From positions 16,926,001 through 16,990,000 of the forward strand of contig OX597834.1 in assembly GCA_951406725.2 (NCBI GenBank): 64,000 nt of DNA, given 5' to 3'. Of this stretch, positions 11,621 through 21,826 are shown piece after piece. Under the pieces are notes generated by a model. That model was not told the origin of the DNA, did not search any database, and saw nothing but the letters and a program-made list of their open reading frames with translations. The stretch is from Octopus vulgaris (taxonomy: Eukaryota). Numbering within the stretch: position 1 is the first letter of the stretch; every line of letters starts with the position of its first letter. A program made the translations under genes and the position numbers.

Positions 11621-12577
11621 ATGGCAACAGAAGATCACTGTGAAGATAATGGTGGGAATCTAACCAACTTAATAGTGAATTATATCCCACAAAGTCTTTC
11701 CAATGAAGAATTCCGAGCCATGTTCCTGACTATTGGTCCAATTAAGTCATCAAAAATAATTCAAGACAGGGCAACAGGATACAGCTACGGATTTGGATTT
11801 GTAGATTACGAACACCCAGAAGATGCTGCAAGAGCAGTTCAAACTTTAAATGGACTTCATATTGAGAACAAAAGAATCAAAGTGGCGCTCGCTAGGCCCA
11901 GTGGTCTTGGGGTGAAGGGGGCCAATGTTTATGTGAGCCATTTACCAAATCATTATGCTCAGAGCGACCTTGTTAAGCTCTTTGAACCTTATGGTATTAT
12001 CATCCGTTCCAGAATAATGACTCATCCAAACACTAACCAATCTAAGGGAGTAGGCTTTGTTTTGTATGATCAGAAAAAAATGGCAGAAGCTGCCATTGCT
12101 GACTTGAATCAAACTATACCTCCAGGTGGTAGTGAGCCAATAATAGTAAAATTTGCTAATGAAGCTCCCAATTCTAAAAAAACTCGCCCTCCACATGAAC
12201 AATACATGAACAATAATAACAGCATACAACAAACTTTCTCCACGCCTATGCTCATGCGTAATGAACGATTTACAAGTCCGGTGCCTGTCAATTACTCTCC
12301 TAACAACCCCAACCCTAACCCAAATAATGACATGTCTAACAGTCCAGTGTTGTTCATCTACAACACTGGCAATATGGATGAATCTGACCTGGGCCAGCTT
12401 TTCTGCGGCTTTGGTACTGTGCAAAAGGCCAACATTGTGCGTGTACATCAGAAGACAAAAGGTTATGGCTTTGTCACGATGGCTAACCAACACGAAGCAG
12501 AAAATGCTGTCGGCAGGCTCAATGGATACCGCTATCGCGGTTGGGGACCTCTCCAAGTCTCTTTTAAAAACAAATAA
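11621..12577 (+). CDS. elav: ELAV/Hu/Sxl-family RNA-binding protein, 3 RRMs, single coding exon (divergent paralog, here 'ELAV-A')
   Basis: 318-aa ORF with TNLIVNYIPQ (RRM1 RNP2), YGFGFVDY, ANVYVSHL/KGVGFV (RRM2), hinge, LFIYN/KGYGFVTM/LQVSFK (RRM3). Strong Kozak gccATGG. Polypyrimidine tract and AG at 11548-11549 upstream. Confidence 0.95.
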   Translation: MATEDHCEDNGGNLTNLIVNYIPQSLSNEEFRAMFLTIGPIKSSKIIQDRATGYSYGFGFVDYEHPEDAARAVQTLNGLHIENKRIKVALARPSGLGVKGANVYVSHLPNHYAQSDLVKLFEPYGIIIRSRIMTHPNTNQSKGVGFVLYDQKKMAEAAIADLNQTIPPGGSEPIIVKFANEAPNSKKTRPPHEQYMNNNNSIQQTFSTPMLMRNERFTSPVPVNYSPNNPNPNPNNDMSNSPVLFIYNTGNMDESDLGQLFCGFGTVQKANIVRVHQKTKGYGFVTMANQHEAENAVGRLNGYRYRGWGPLQVSFKNK

Positions 12578-13598
12578 TTTACTTGAGTCTTATGGGTTAT
12601 TTTCATTTACCCCCCTTCTTTTTTTATTTTTTACTTTTTACTTTTTTAGTTAAAAATATCTATACTCTTATTTTGTTTTACTATTAATTTACTTTTCGGC
12701 TTCTTTACTGTGGAATTTAAAAAACAAAAGTGGCAATCGAAGCTGCTACCAACTCTGTATCACTTTGGAGGTGATTTCTCCTCCCCTTCCCTCTCCCAAA
12801 GGTTACAAAGTTATCAGTAATTTTAAGAAATGGCAGCTTCCCTTTCTTTTAACTTTATTATTATTACATATTGTTCTTAAGCTAATTAGTGGCAATACAA
12901 TAGTTGTTGCATTTTCTTTTATTATGATTATTATTATTTCTTTATAGTTACCTTGACTTATTTTCAAAAGAACTTAAAATGGTAACATCTTGTATTGATA
13001 GATGTGTGTTTAAAAAAAAAAAGCAAAAACAAAAACTGATACTAAGGGATTAGCATGTTTTGTGGCTTCAATACACAAACGCAGCAGTTTGACAAAAAAA
13101 GAAAAAAAAAATAGCACCCCTAATGTAATTTCATTTCACCTCCCCTTTTTGTTTTTAATTTATTGAATTTTTAAATTTATTTTTATACGTTTTCCTCCCA
13201 AAACCTTTTTTTCTCCCCTTCCTGTCTCTCTCTCTCTCTTTTTAGTAAGAACGCAAGCATTCTTGCAAATGTCCATATTAAGGCAGAAAATATTGGTTTG
13301 ACTGGTCCACTATTCATTATTCAATTATGTTAGGTGTCTTCATGAATGTATGAATAAAAAAACAAAAACAACAAAAACATCTCAGATCATTCCTTGTAAT
13401 ATTTTCTAATAAATAAATTCTGCTGGCTGTAATGCTGCCACAAAAATTGTTTTGCTCCAGTGCTTCTCTCCTCCCTCCCCTCACCACATTGCTAAGGCAA
13501 TCATGACTTTGAATTATATATTTCCCTTCCCCTCTTTTTCTTCTCCATTTCAGTTCCTGAAATCATTTGAAGAATCTTATAAAGAACTGTCTTGGTAC

Positions 13599-13640
13599 AA
13601 TAAATATATTGACTCAAGCTGACTTGGTGTGTTCCTTCAC
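13599..13640 (+). terminator. Probable poly(A) signal of ELAV-A (alternatives near 13353 and 13408)
   Basis: AATAAA at 13599-13604 followed by GU-rich ttggtgtgttcc. Confidence 0.5.
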
Positions 13641-13824
13641 CTCATCTGATATATATATATGTGTGTGTATATATCTAAATGTAAGAATAAACCAGGTTTT
13701 GATAAAGTTAAAACTGGAATCTGTAACTCAAATTCAAAATTAGCTCTTCAAATGTGAAGTCTCTGGGTTAGCTCTCCGTGCTGAAGCATGCCTTCAGAAT
13801 ATAAAACAAGTGAATTAATAAGTG

Positions 13825-13876
13825 AAAACCCATTAAACTTTCAAATAGCACAAATCAAAATGGTGCTTACTTTATT
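13825..13876 (-). terminator. Probable distal poly(A) signal of ELAV-B (about 4.1 kb 3' UTR; more proximal AATAAA at 14522 and 14561)
   Basis: tttatt on + at 13871-13876; minus-strand downstream ttttgatttgtgctatttg is U/GU-rich. The + strand is A-rich from about 13.8 to 18 kb. Confidence 0.4.
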
Positions 13877-16800
13877 TTCTAATGTCAACCAGAGATTGCA
13901 AAATTAAAATGGAATCTCATGTTTTGAGAGGTATGAAAATAATTTGACCATAAATGCATTAAAATGTATTAAAAAAAAAAAAACGAAAAAACTTCTTTGC
14001 TGATTATATTCAATAAGATTTCTCATCTCTTTGGTTACATCTCATCTCTTTGGTCTACGATATTTTCTTTGGTTATCTTTAAACATCAAATTTGAAATGA
14101 AATTAATCCTGAAAAATATATATTTAAAAAAAGAAAAAATGTAAGTAACATTGACTTAATAAAGGAAAATACATAACGAGTTAAATTAAGGTAATTTTCA
14201 AAAAGTATTAACTTACCATTAATAAAAAGAAAATCCAAATTTTATGTTATCCCCCTGAAACAGAGAGAATATTTTTAGTTCAAAAAGATTACAATGCTAA
14301 ATATATTTAGCACTCTGAAACCAAATTAAATGAAAACACTTATCAGCTTGGAAGAATTATACTAATATTGTTTACCCACCCAGACCATGATTAAGACTTT
14401 TATCTCTGATGAGAATGGTAAACACCATGTGGTCCTCTGGTTCTTCCGTAACCCTGAAATGTAAAAGTGGTTGCGATTGTCAGTCGTACAGTTAAGTGTA
14501 TGTCCAAATCTCAAACATTCATTTATTGCAATCGATGTAAAAATTATGTTTAAGTTTTTTTTTATTAAAAATTAATATTTAAAGTTATCTTCAATTAAAT
14601 GAAAATGTTACAAATGTAACTTTAAGAAAAACAATTTGGCAACAATAAAGTAAAAAGGGTTTGAAATACTCCAGATAGCTACCATGATATGAGGGCTTTT
14701 TTTTTTTTTGTCCATGTGGGACCAGGAAGGAACAGTAGCTTAATTGAAATAACTAACCAATCTATAAAATGCAACAAGCCTCCTGAACAGTCAGTCGTGG
14801 GTAGGCAAAAGCAGTAACAAAGCACAGCAGTTGGTATGAAGTACACTGGGGTTCCATGGTCAACTAAGTTAGCATTTTTTGGGGGGACAGGGCGGGAAAT
14901 AAAATTCAGGTATAGGGGTGTGGAAGGATAGAAAAATAGGTGGAGAGGATTGACAAATCATGAAGTTATAGAAGAAAAAAGATAAAAAAATAAAATAATG
15001 GGTCTTTGGTAACGTACAGTATCTGCAACTTAGAAGAAATTTTTATCATTTTACTCTCTAGGTTATGCACTTTCCTCACACTTCTAGTCCTTTATCAAAA
15101 TATAAAAATGTTTGTGAGAAAAATCAACTCTATTTAGTTAACATTTTTATTAAGCATCTGAAATGACACCTGTTATTATCCAAATGGGGAGAGGCCAGTC
15201 ACTCACAAATAGGATTTAAAGTCTACAGGATTAAGTTAAATACCTGGGGTTATTTTGGTTTTTTTTTTTTTTTTGTAAGATAAACATGGGTGCAGATTTA
15301 CAGATATTTAAAACCTCAAAATGTGATGGGGGGGGGGAAAAAAAAACATCTAAACTAACTCTTAGATAGCATATGATAATCATGACAAAACATGAAGGTT
15401 TGTTTGAGCCACAAGTAAAAATGTTTTGGAATTTTATCTGAGATTAATTTAAAATTGGGAATTCAAGCAAAAATAAAACCTAAATATTTTTCTAAAAAGT
15501 CATTTAAAAAAAAAAACCCTTTAAACCCTATCGTCATAACTCTTTTTGATATGTTCTAAGAATCTTGTTACTTTTTAAACACTAATTACCATGGATTAGT
15601 AATTAGCAAGACCTTCTTGAAAGCTGGAAGGTTTTAAAACTAATCACATAACAAAAATTACTTTTTTCAATAGAAAGGGGGGAGAAAAAAAATAGCTAAG
15701 TTGTTAAACAATATAATGTTTATTGGTAATCTCACCCACTCGCTAAAAAAAAAAAAAAATAAAGAAAAAAAAAAGCAAACCTTTTGATATTACAAAAGTT
15801 TTAACATGAAAGCTGTTTTAATCTAGAATTATCTTCAATTGCCTAAAAACAGTCCAAATTAATTTTAAGTTACTTGCATAATACAATATTCATGATACCA
15901 ACTAGATTTTAAGAATTCAATTATTGACAAGTTAGTAGCTGAGATAAATGAAATCAATTCGGATGATATACCAGTACTATATACATTGTAAACCAACTGT
16001 GACACTGAAGATGCCGTCATCACTTCCTGTCAATATTTCTAGTCAGCAAGGTTCTGACTGGCCTTTTACACGTCGAAGTTAAAATTTTGAAACCAAATTA
16101 AATTTAAACGACATTTTTCTTAACATGAGAAATGAAAAAGACATACACCAAAACCATTAAAGAATAATTTTAAAATATAAGTAGCGAGAAACAGCCAACA
16201 AGAACTTGATAAAAATCACACTTTTTTGTTTGTTATTCTCTCAAGCAAAAAAGACCAGTATTTTTTTATCTAAATCAATATCCACAGTCACAATCCAAAG
16301 CTTTAAAACTTCACCTTTTATAAGATTATTTCTGAATATTTGACAATACAGAACAGGAAAATCAATTTTACCTGAAGCAAGACACTTAACACACACAAGC
16401 AAATAGTGACAACTTTTTGCCTTTAAAAAAAAAAGACCCATTATTTTTATTTTTAAAACTTCAAATTAATCAGAATACCAGCCAAATGCTTTTGCTTTCA
16501 GAGAAGTCAGCTATTAAAAGACCTTTTATAAATTATCCCAAGAATTCACCAAATCCAACCTATTTATCTCTATCTGAAGGAAGGGATAGAAGAAAGTTGA
16601 ACCTACCTGCACAGAAATAAACATAGTTCTTTATTTCAAAACTAATCGAGTCTTCCAGACAATTACAGGAAGATCTTGGTGGATAAATTGGAATCTTCAT
16701 TGGAATATTTTATGTCTTCATTCATCTCGTTAATGGTAAAAAAAAAAAACTGGAAACAGAAACTGGCATTCCTGGTCGATGGAAGCTTATTTCCCTCCCA

Positions 16801-18006
16801 AATGACTTTACTCGATGGATAGGTTGCTCACAGAACAGCATTTTAAATGTAACAGTTTCCCAGAGCTATTTCTTTCAACATAAAATGGAAATTCTTTCAA
16901 TTAAAATTACATTACCCAATTTTTTTTTCTTAAATAAATCCTATGGCTAATATATCTTTAACACTATCGTGTGTCTGGTTAGAAATAATTCCTAACTAAT
17001 CACCAAATATAAAGCCAGCAGCTGTTATCTTTAGTTGTAAAAATTAAAAACTTACTGATGCACTACCTAGCAAGCATTTAATGAGAAATTTTGTAAAGTT
17101 TTAGTCAAGTGAATTTAAATATATATTACATAATATATAAATATATAACAACTCTTAACCAAAATTATTAAAAATTAAACTAAGCATGGAAGTTTATTTT
17201 TCAACAATTCAGTTATTCTTTGAAATATTTAAAAATCTTACACAAGTATTTGGAAAAAAAAAAAACGTCTCGTACACAAACTTCACACAGGCAAACACAT
17301 AAACACTCACACAACCCTAAGCAAACAATTGAACAACTCAAAAACAGTAAATATTGTTACTGCATATTAAAGCTATTAGGACCTTATGAAATTTTTAAAA
17401 AAAAAAGGCATACCGGGATGATGAGGATATTAGCTTAAATCAAGACAAGTGACAGCTTTCATGTGCAGTAAGATTGTTTTGAGTGTGCTCAGTGATAACA
17501 TTTTCATAGCTAATTCTGATAGACAGAGAGAAAATTAAGACAAACAAAAAAAATACTTCGCTAAAAGCGATTTATGTTTTCTAAGATACATAATGTATTT
17601 TTGATAAAATGTTTCAACAAGTAAAACCTATTTGGTTTACAGTAAATAGCAATAAATTGTAAACTAAATCTCCAGTCAATGTTGACTGGAGTTTGTTTTT
17701 TTTTTCTTTTCTTTCTTTTTTTTTTTTGCAATGACAAGGGTTTATTATGGAAATAGAAAAAAAAAATGTGAGAGGTGGAGAAAAAAAAAAACTCATGAGA
17801 AAAAAAAATAAATGGGAGATGAGAGGAAGGAAAGGGAAGGGGGAAATCCCAGGATACACCATAACATTTTATTTCATGGCTTTTTTAAAACCTATAATGT
17901 ATGTCCTTCAGCATGAAAATTTAATGATTAATAAAAAAAAATGTAATGGGAGGGATTTACAGAAAAAAATGTTATTTTAAAAATAAGGGGAATTTCCTAG
18001 AAATCA

Positions 18007-18933
18007 CTAGTTCTTGAACTTCACTTGCAGAGGTCGACCACAACCAGCATAATCATAGCCATTAAGTCGTGCAATTGCATTCTGAGCCTCTTGAAGATTG
18101 GTCATTGTAACAAAACCATAATTTTTAGATTGTCCCTTTTGATGATCCCTCATGATGTTGACTTTCTGGACTGTTCCAAAGGGAGAAAATAATTGCCACA
18201 AGGTTTTTTCACAAGAACTGGCTCCAATGTTGTATACAAAAATAACATATCCTCCCTGAGAGAGGCTCAAACCAGAGTTAGGTGTTGAGTAATTGCCTGT
18301 CACTGGATTATAACGGAATCTATTGCCAGGACTTCTCATTGGACCAGGTGCTGGGAAGCATGGAGCAGTATTGATGTAGGGCATTGCAGGGGGACGTACC
18401 TTCTTTGCATTGTCATCAGCAAATTTAATAAGTAGAGCTTCTGTACCACCAGCAGGAACTGTGCCAGTTATTTGGTTTATCGCTTCCTCAGCTTGCTTCT
18501 TCTGATCAAAAAGAACAAAACCAACACCCTTTGACACACCAGTCGCCTGGTCTGTCAAAACTCTCGACTGTATTATTGTTCCAAATTGCTGAAAAAGACG
18601 TTCCAAGTCCATCTGCTGGTAATGTCTAGGAAGATTTCTAACATATAAATTAGCCCCTTTGATCTCCTCACCACCAGGCCTTGCTAAAGCAACTTTAATG
18701 GTTTTATTCTGCATCTGAAGTCCATTCAATGTTTGCATTGCTCTCTGAGCATCTTCTACATTCTCATAATCAACAAAACCAAAACCATAGCTATAGCCAG
18801 TGGCTTTGTCTCTGACTATTTTAGCAGATTTGATGGGACCTATGCTTAAAAACATAGAACGAAACTCTTCATCAGTAAGAGTTTGTGGGATGTAATTAAT
18901 TATCAGGTTGGTACGCTTGTTGTCCATCTCCAT
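18007..18933 (-). CDS. elav: ELAV/Hu/Sxl-family RNA-binding protein, 3 RRMs, single coding exon (conserved paralog, here 'ELAV-B')
   Basis: 308-aa ORF with TNLIINYIPQTLT, RDKATGYSYGFGFVDY, ANLYVRNLP, KGVGFV, hinge RFRYNP, IFVYNI, LWQLFSPFG, YGFVTM, LQVKFK. Confidence 0.96.
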   Translation of the reverse strand: MEMDNKRTNLIINYIPQTLTDEEFRSMFLSIGPIKSAKIVRDKATGYSYGFGFVDYENVEDAQRAMQTLNGLQMQNKTIKVALARPGGEEIKGANLYVRNLPRHYQQMDLERLFQQFGTIIQSRVLTDQATGVSKGVGFVLFDQKKQAEEAINQITGTVPAGGTEALLIKFADDNAKKVRPPAMPYINTAPCFPAPGPMRSPGNRFRYNPVTGNYSTPNSGLSLSQGGYVIFVYNIGASSCEKTLWQLFSPFGTVQKVNIMRDHQKGQSKNYGFVTMTNLQEAQNAIARLNGYDYAGCGRPLQVKFKN

Positions 18934-19040
18934 CTTGAAAATGTATCGCAGTCAGTCAAACTTCCAGGTAATATGTATGTTCCTCCATTGGGGAGAAGAT
19001 AAAAAAAAAAAAAAAAAAAGAAAATTATATCAGAGGATTC

Positions 19041-19095
19041 CTGGGAAAATTAAAAAAAAAAAAAACATATAGACAGTAGGAAAAAAAAAAAAAGT
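19041..19095 (-). promoter_or_regulatory. Splice acceptor of the ELAV-B coding exon (exon starts 19040)
   Basis: Minus strand reads (t)14 aattttccCAG|gaatcc, with further U tracts upstream. Confidence 0.7.
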
Positions 19096-21542
19096 TCTCA
19101 ATAAAATATTGCTTCAGTGTTCTCCATATACGAGTACCGATCAAATACAGCATGGTTCCTTATAGATAGTGCGTACAGAAAGGTAGAGATAAGAGGAAGT
19201 CCACAAGCCTGCATCTAGTATTAAATTGTTGAAATGTAAAGTAGTTTTTGAAAGGACTAAAAACATATCAGAAGTGTCATCACAAATCCAGATTCAAACA
19301 CAAGAACAATTCTAACACTTGTAAAATTCCTTACATATAAATACAATATTTAATTTCCCTTCAACATTAAATTGGAATTTTAAGTATAAATAATATTTTT
19401 AACCAAGGAATATCATTTATACTTCATGCTTGAAGAGAAAGTTTAATCAACAACAAACAACAGCAACAACAAACAACGAAAACAATCGGCATCAAAATTT
19501 AATATAATTATATTTCCCCAAATATCTTCCGTATTATTAACTCCATTACAAACCCAAGGAAATTTAAAACGTTTATTGTAAATATTAGGAATAAAAAAAA
19601 ATTTTTTTGAATCAGTAGCAGCAGCAGCAACAGAATTGTAATGTTAATCAAATTGAATTCTCTCAAGAACAATACAGAAATGTAAGATTTGCAATTATGT
19701 TTGATAAATATTTAGGAATAAAAAAAAAAAAATGATTAGTCCAAAGAATTGTCCTAAATTTAACATTTACATTTCAACCATTTAATTATACGCTAATTTC
19801 ATATTTTTGTGTTTTTTTTTTCAAACCCTCCTCAGCACATACATTTAAAAAAATTTTCTTTCCCCCACCCCAACCTCGAAGCCCAGCACACAGAGTATTC
19901 AATGAATAGATCATGGAGAACACTGCTGCAGTTTTCTTCAATTTTATAGTGAAATTTTTTTTTTTTTAAAAACGAACAACGAAACTTTTATTAGTTTTAT
20001 CCGAAAAGTAAACGTGATATCACAAGATATTCGCAATACAGATTTAAGGAAATTCATATTAAAAAAAATTCTTTTTTCAAAATTAAAATATCATATAGAA
20101 CAAATATCGGACAGAGGCACAAAATCATGGATTTATTTTTAAATACTGTAGATCGCAAATGCTAACAATCATCAATACATGATGGGTGGGAGATAAAAAT
20201 AAACTAAAAATTTTTGGAAAATTTTAAAATGCATTCCAAATTAATTTGCATCAGTGAAGCAAATTAATTTTTCTTCTTTTAATAGATAAGAATAAACCAG
20301 TAAAAAGGAATAAATTTATGTAAAACAAGTTACATTATTAAAGTGAAACGTGCTAATACAAAAAGTCACTCATGACAGTATGAAAATGTAAGGAATCTGT
20401 GGGGCTTGAACCCACGTCTATTCAATGACTATTTTAAATAATTTAAAGTTTATCATAAATCTTCCTCTATGACAAACAATGGTAAATCCTGAAACTCTGC
20501 CATTGCATTTTTTTTCAGCAATGCGATAAGTATTGGCATATAAACATCTAGTAATTTATGCAGGAAGATGAATATATAAAGTGTTTCTAAACAGATTACT
20601 CGAAATATAAAAATATATTTGTATCTATATAATACCTAGTCATCTGGAAATGCAAACACCTAAACTAAGAAATAAAAAAAAAAAGTGATCATATGTTTCA
20701 AGAGCAAAGAAAAAAAAAATACAAGAAAAAAATTGCAACTTCAGAGATCTACATCCACACAAAAAGCTTATCAAGGTAGCAGAGATTTAAAAAAAAAAAA
20801 TAATAAAAAAAAAATAAAGGTTTCGGTTAAGCTATAAAAATATAACTTCAGAATCAGTTTCTATGACTTTCTCCCTAAAACAGCATGCAAACTCAAATTT
20901 GAAAATGCATTCTATGGTTTATTTGAGTAACTTCATTTAAAGAGTTTTCATTTCAAATCTTAAAATTATGACGTACAAAACAGTCAGATTGAATAAGTTT
21001 TGACATTGATATTTTCACCCAACTCTATATAAGACAAGACAGGTCAACATGCTCACTCAACTTGTTCAAAGAAAATTCATGCAAAATAAGCAACAGTGAA
21101 GTGCCAATAAATTAGTGGGTGGGAGGGCGGCGATGGGAATTGAAAGGAAATATAATTTTCCTATGTACAGCTATAAGTCATGGAGGAGAATAATTTACAT
21201 TGTGGAGCAAACATACCAACACAATAATGCAAAACCACTTTAAAAGAAAATTGTGCACACTTTATGTAGTGGTGATTGCATTCAGCCTTTACAGAGAGAA
21301 AAAGAAAAGCTGATATTATTATTATCCGAAGACTAATAACCATCTCTCGACACTTCCCTGTTGCAAAGATACCAAGATGATTGTTGGGAGGGAAAAATAA
21401 AAGGAAAGCCAACTGTAATTTTAGATTCTGAAGTCATATTCATTTTTTTTTTTTATATATATACATATATATTTATATATATGTAAGAGTAAATTATTTG
21501 AGCAGGTAAACAATTAAAAAAAAAAAAAAAATAAAAAATTAC

Positions 21543-21612
21543 CTCCCACTTTCTTGTAAATAGGGGCTCAATAAAAAACTGGAATCAGCAGGTAAAAATG
21601 TACATAGAAAGT
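21543..21612 (-). other. Candidate non-coding 5' exon of ELAV-B (70 nt)
   Basis: Minus strand: (t)14 caTAG|actttc...aagtgggag|GTAATT. Confidence 0.5.
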
Positions 21613-21790
21613 CTATGAAAAAAAAAAAAAAGCAAAAAGAAAACAATAACAAATATTAGGCATAGATATTAAACAAAAGACAAATACTGTTTATGAGTGT
21701 TTGTATATATACATATATAATATATATATATATGTAAAACATTATATATATATTATATATTTAATATATATGTTTATTGAAAAAAAATAC

Positions 21791-21826
21791 CTCCCTGCTT
21801 CTTCACATCTGGTTAACGTTTTAGAG
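21791..21826 (-). other. Candidate non-coding 5' micro-exon of ELAV-B (36 nt)
   Basis: Minus strand: (t)11 ctttgaAAG|ctctaa...gcagggag|GTATTT. Confidence 0.4.

Noticed and set aside
11942-12556. 204-aa antisense ORF and 130-aa alternative-frame ORF over ELAV-A
   Set aside because: Shadow ORFs of a real CDS; no recognisable motifs.
20392-20465. tRNA-like T-arm on minus (gtgggttcaagccccac) with a possible variable arm
   Set aside because: No D-arm or A-box and a poor acceptor stem; at most a decayed fragment.
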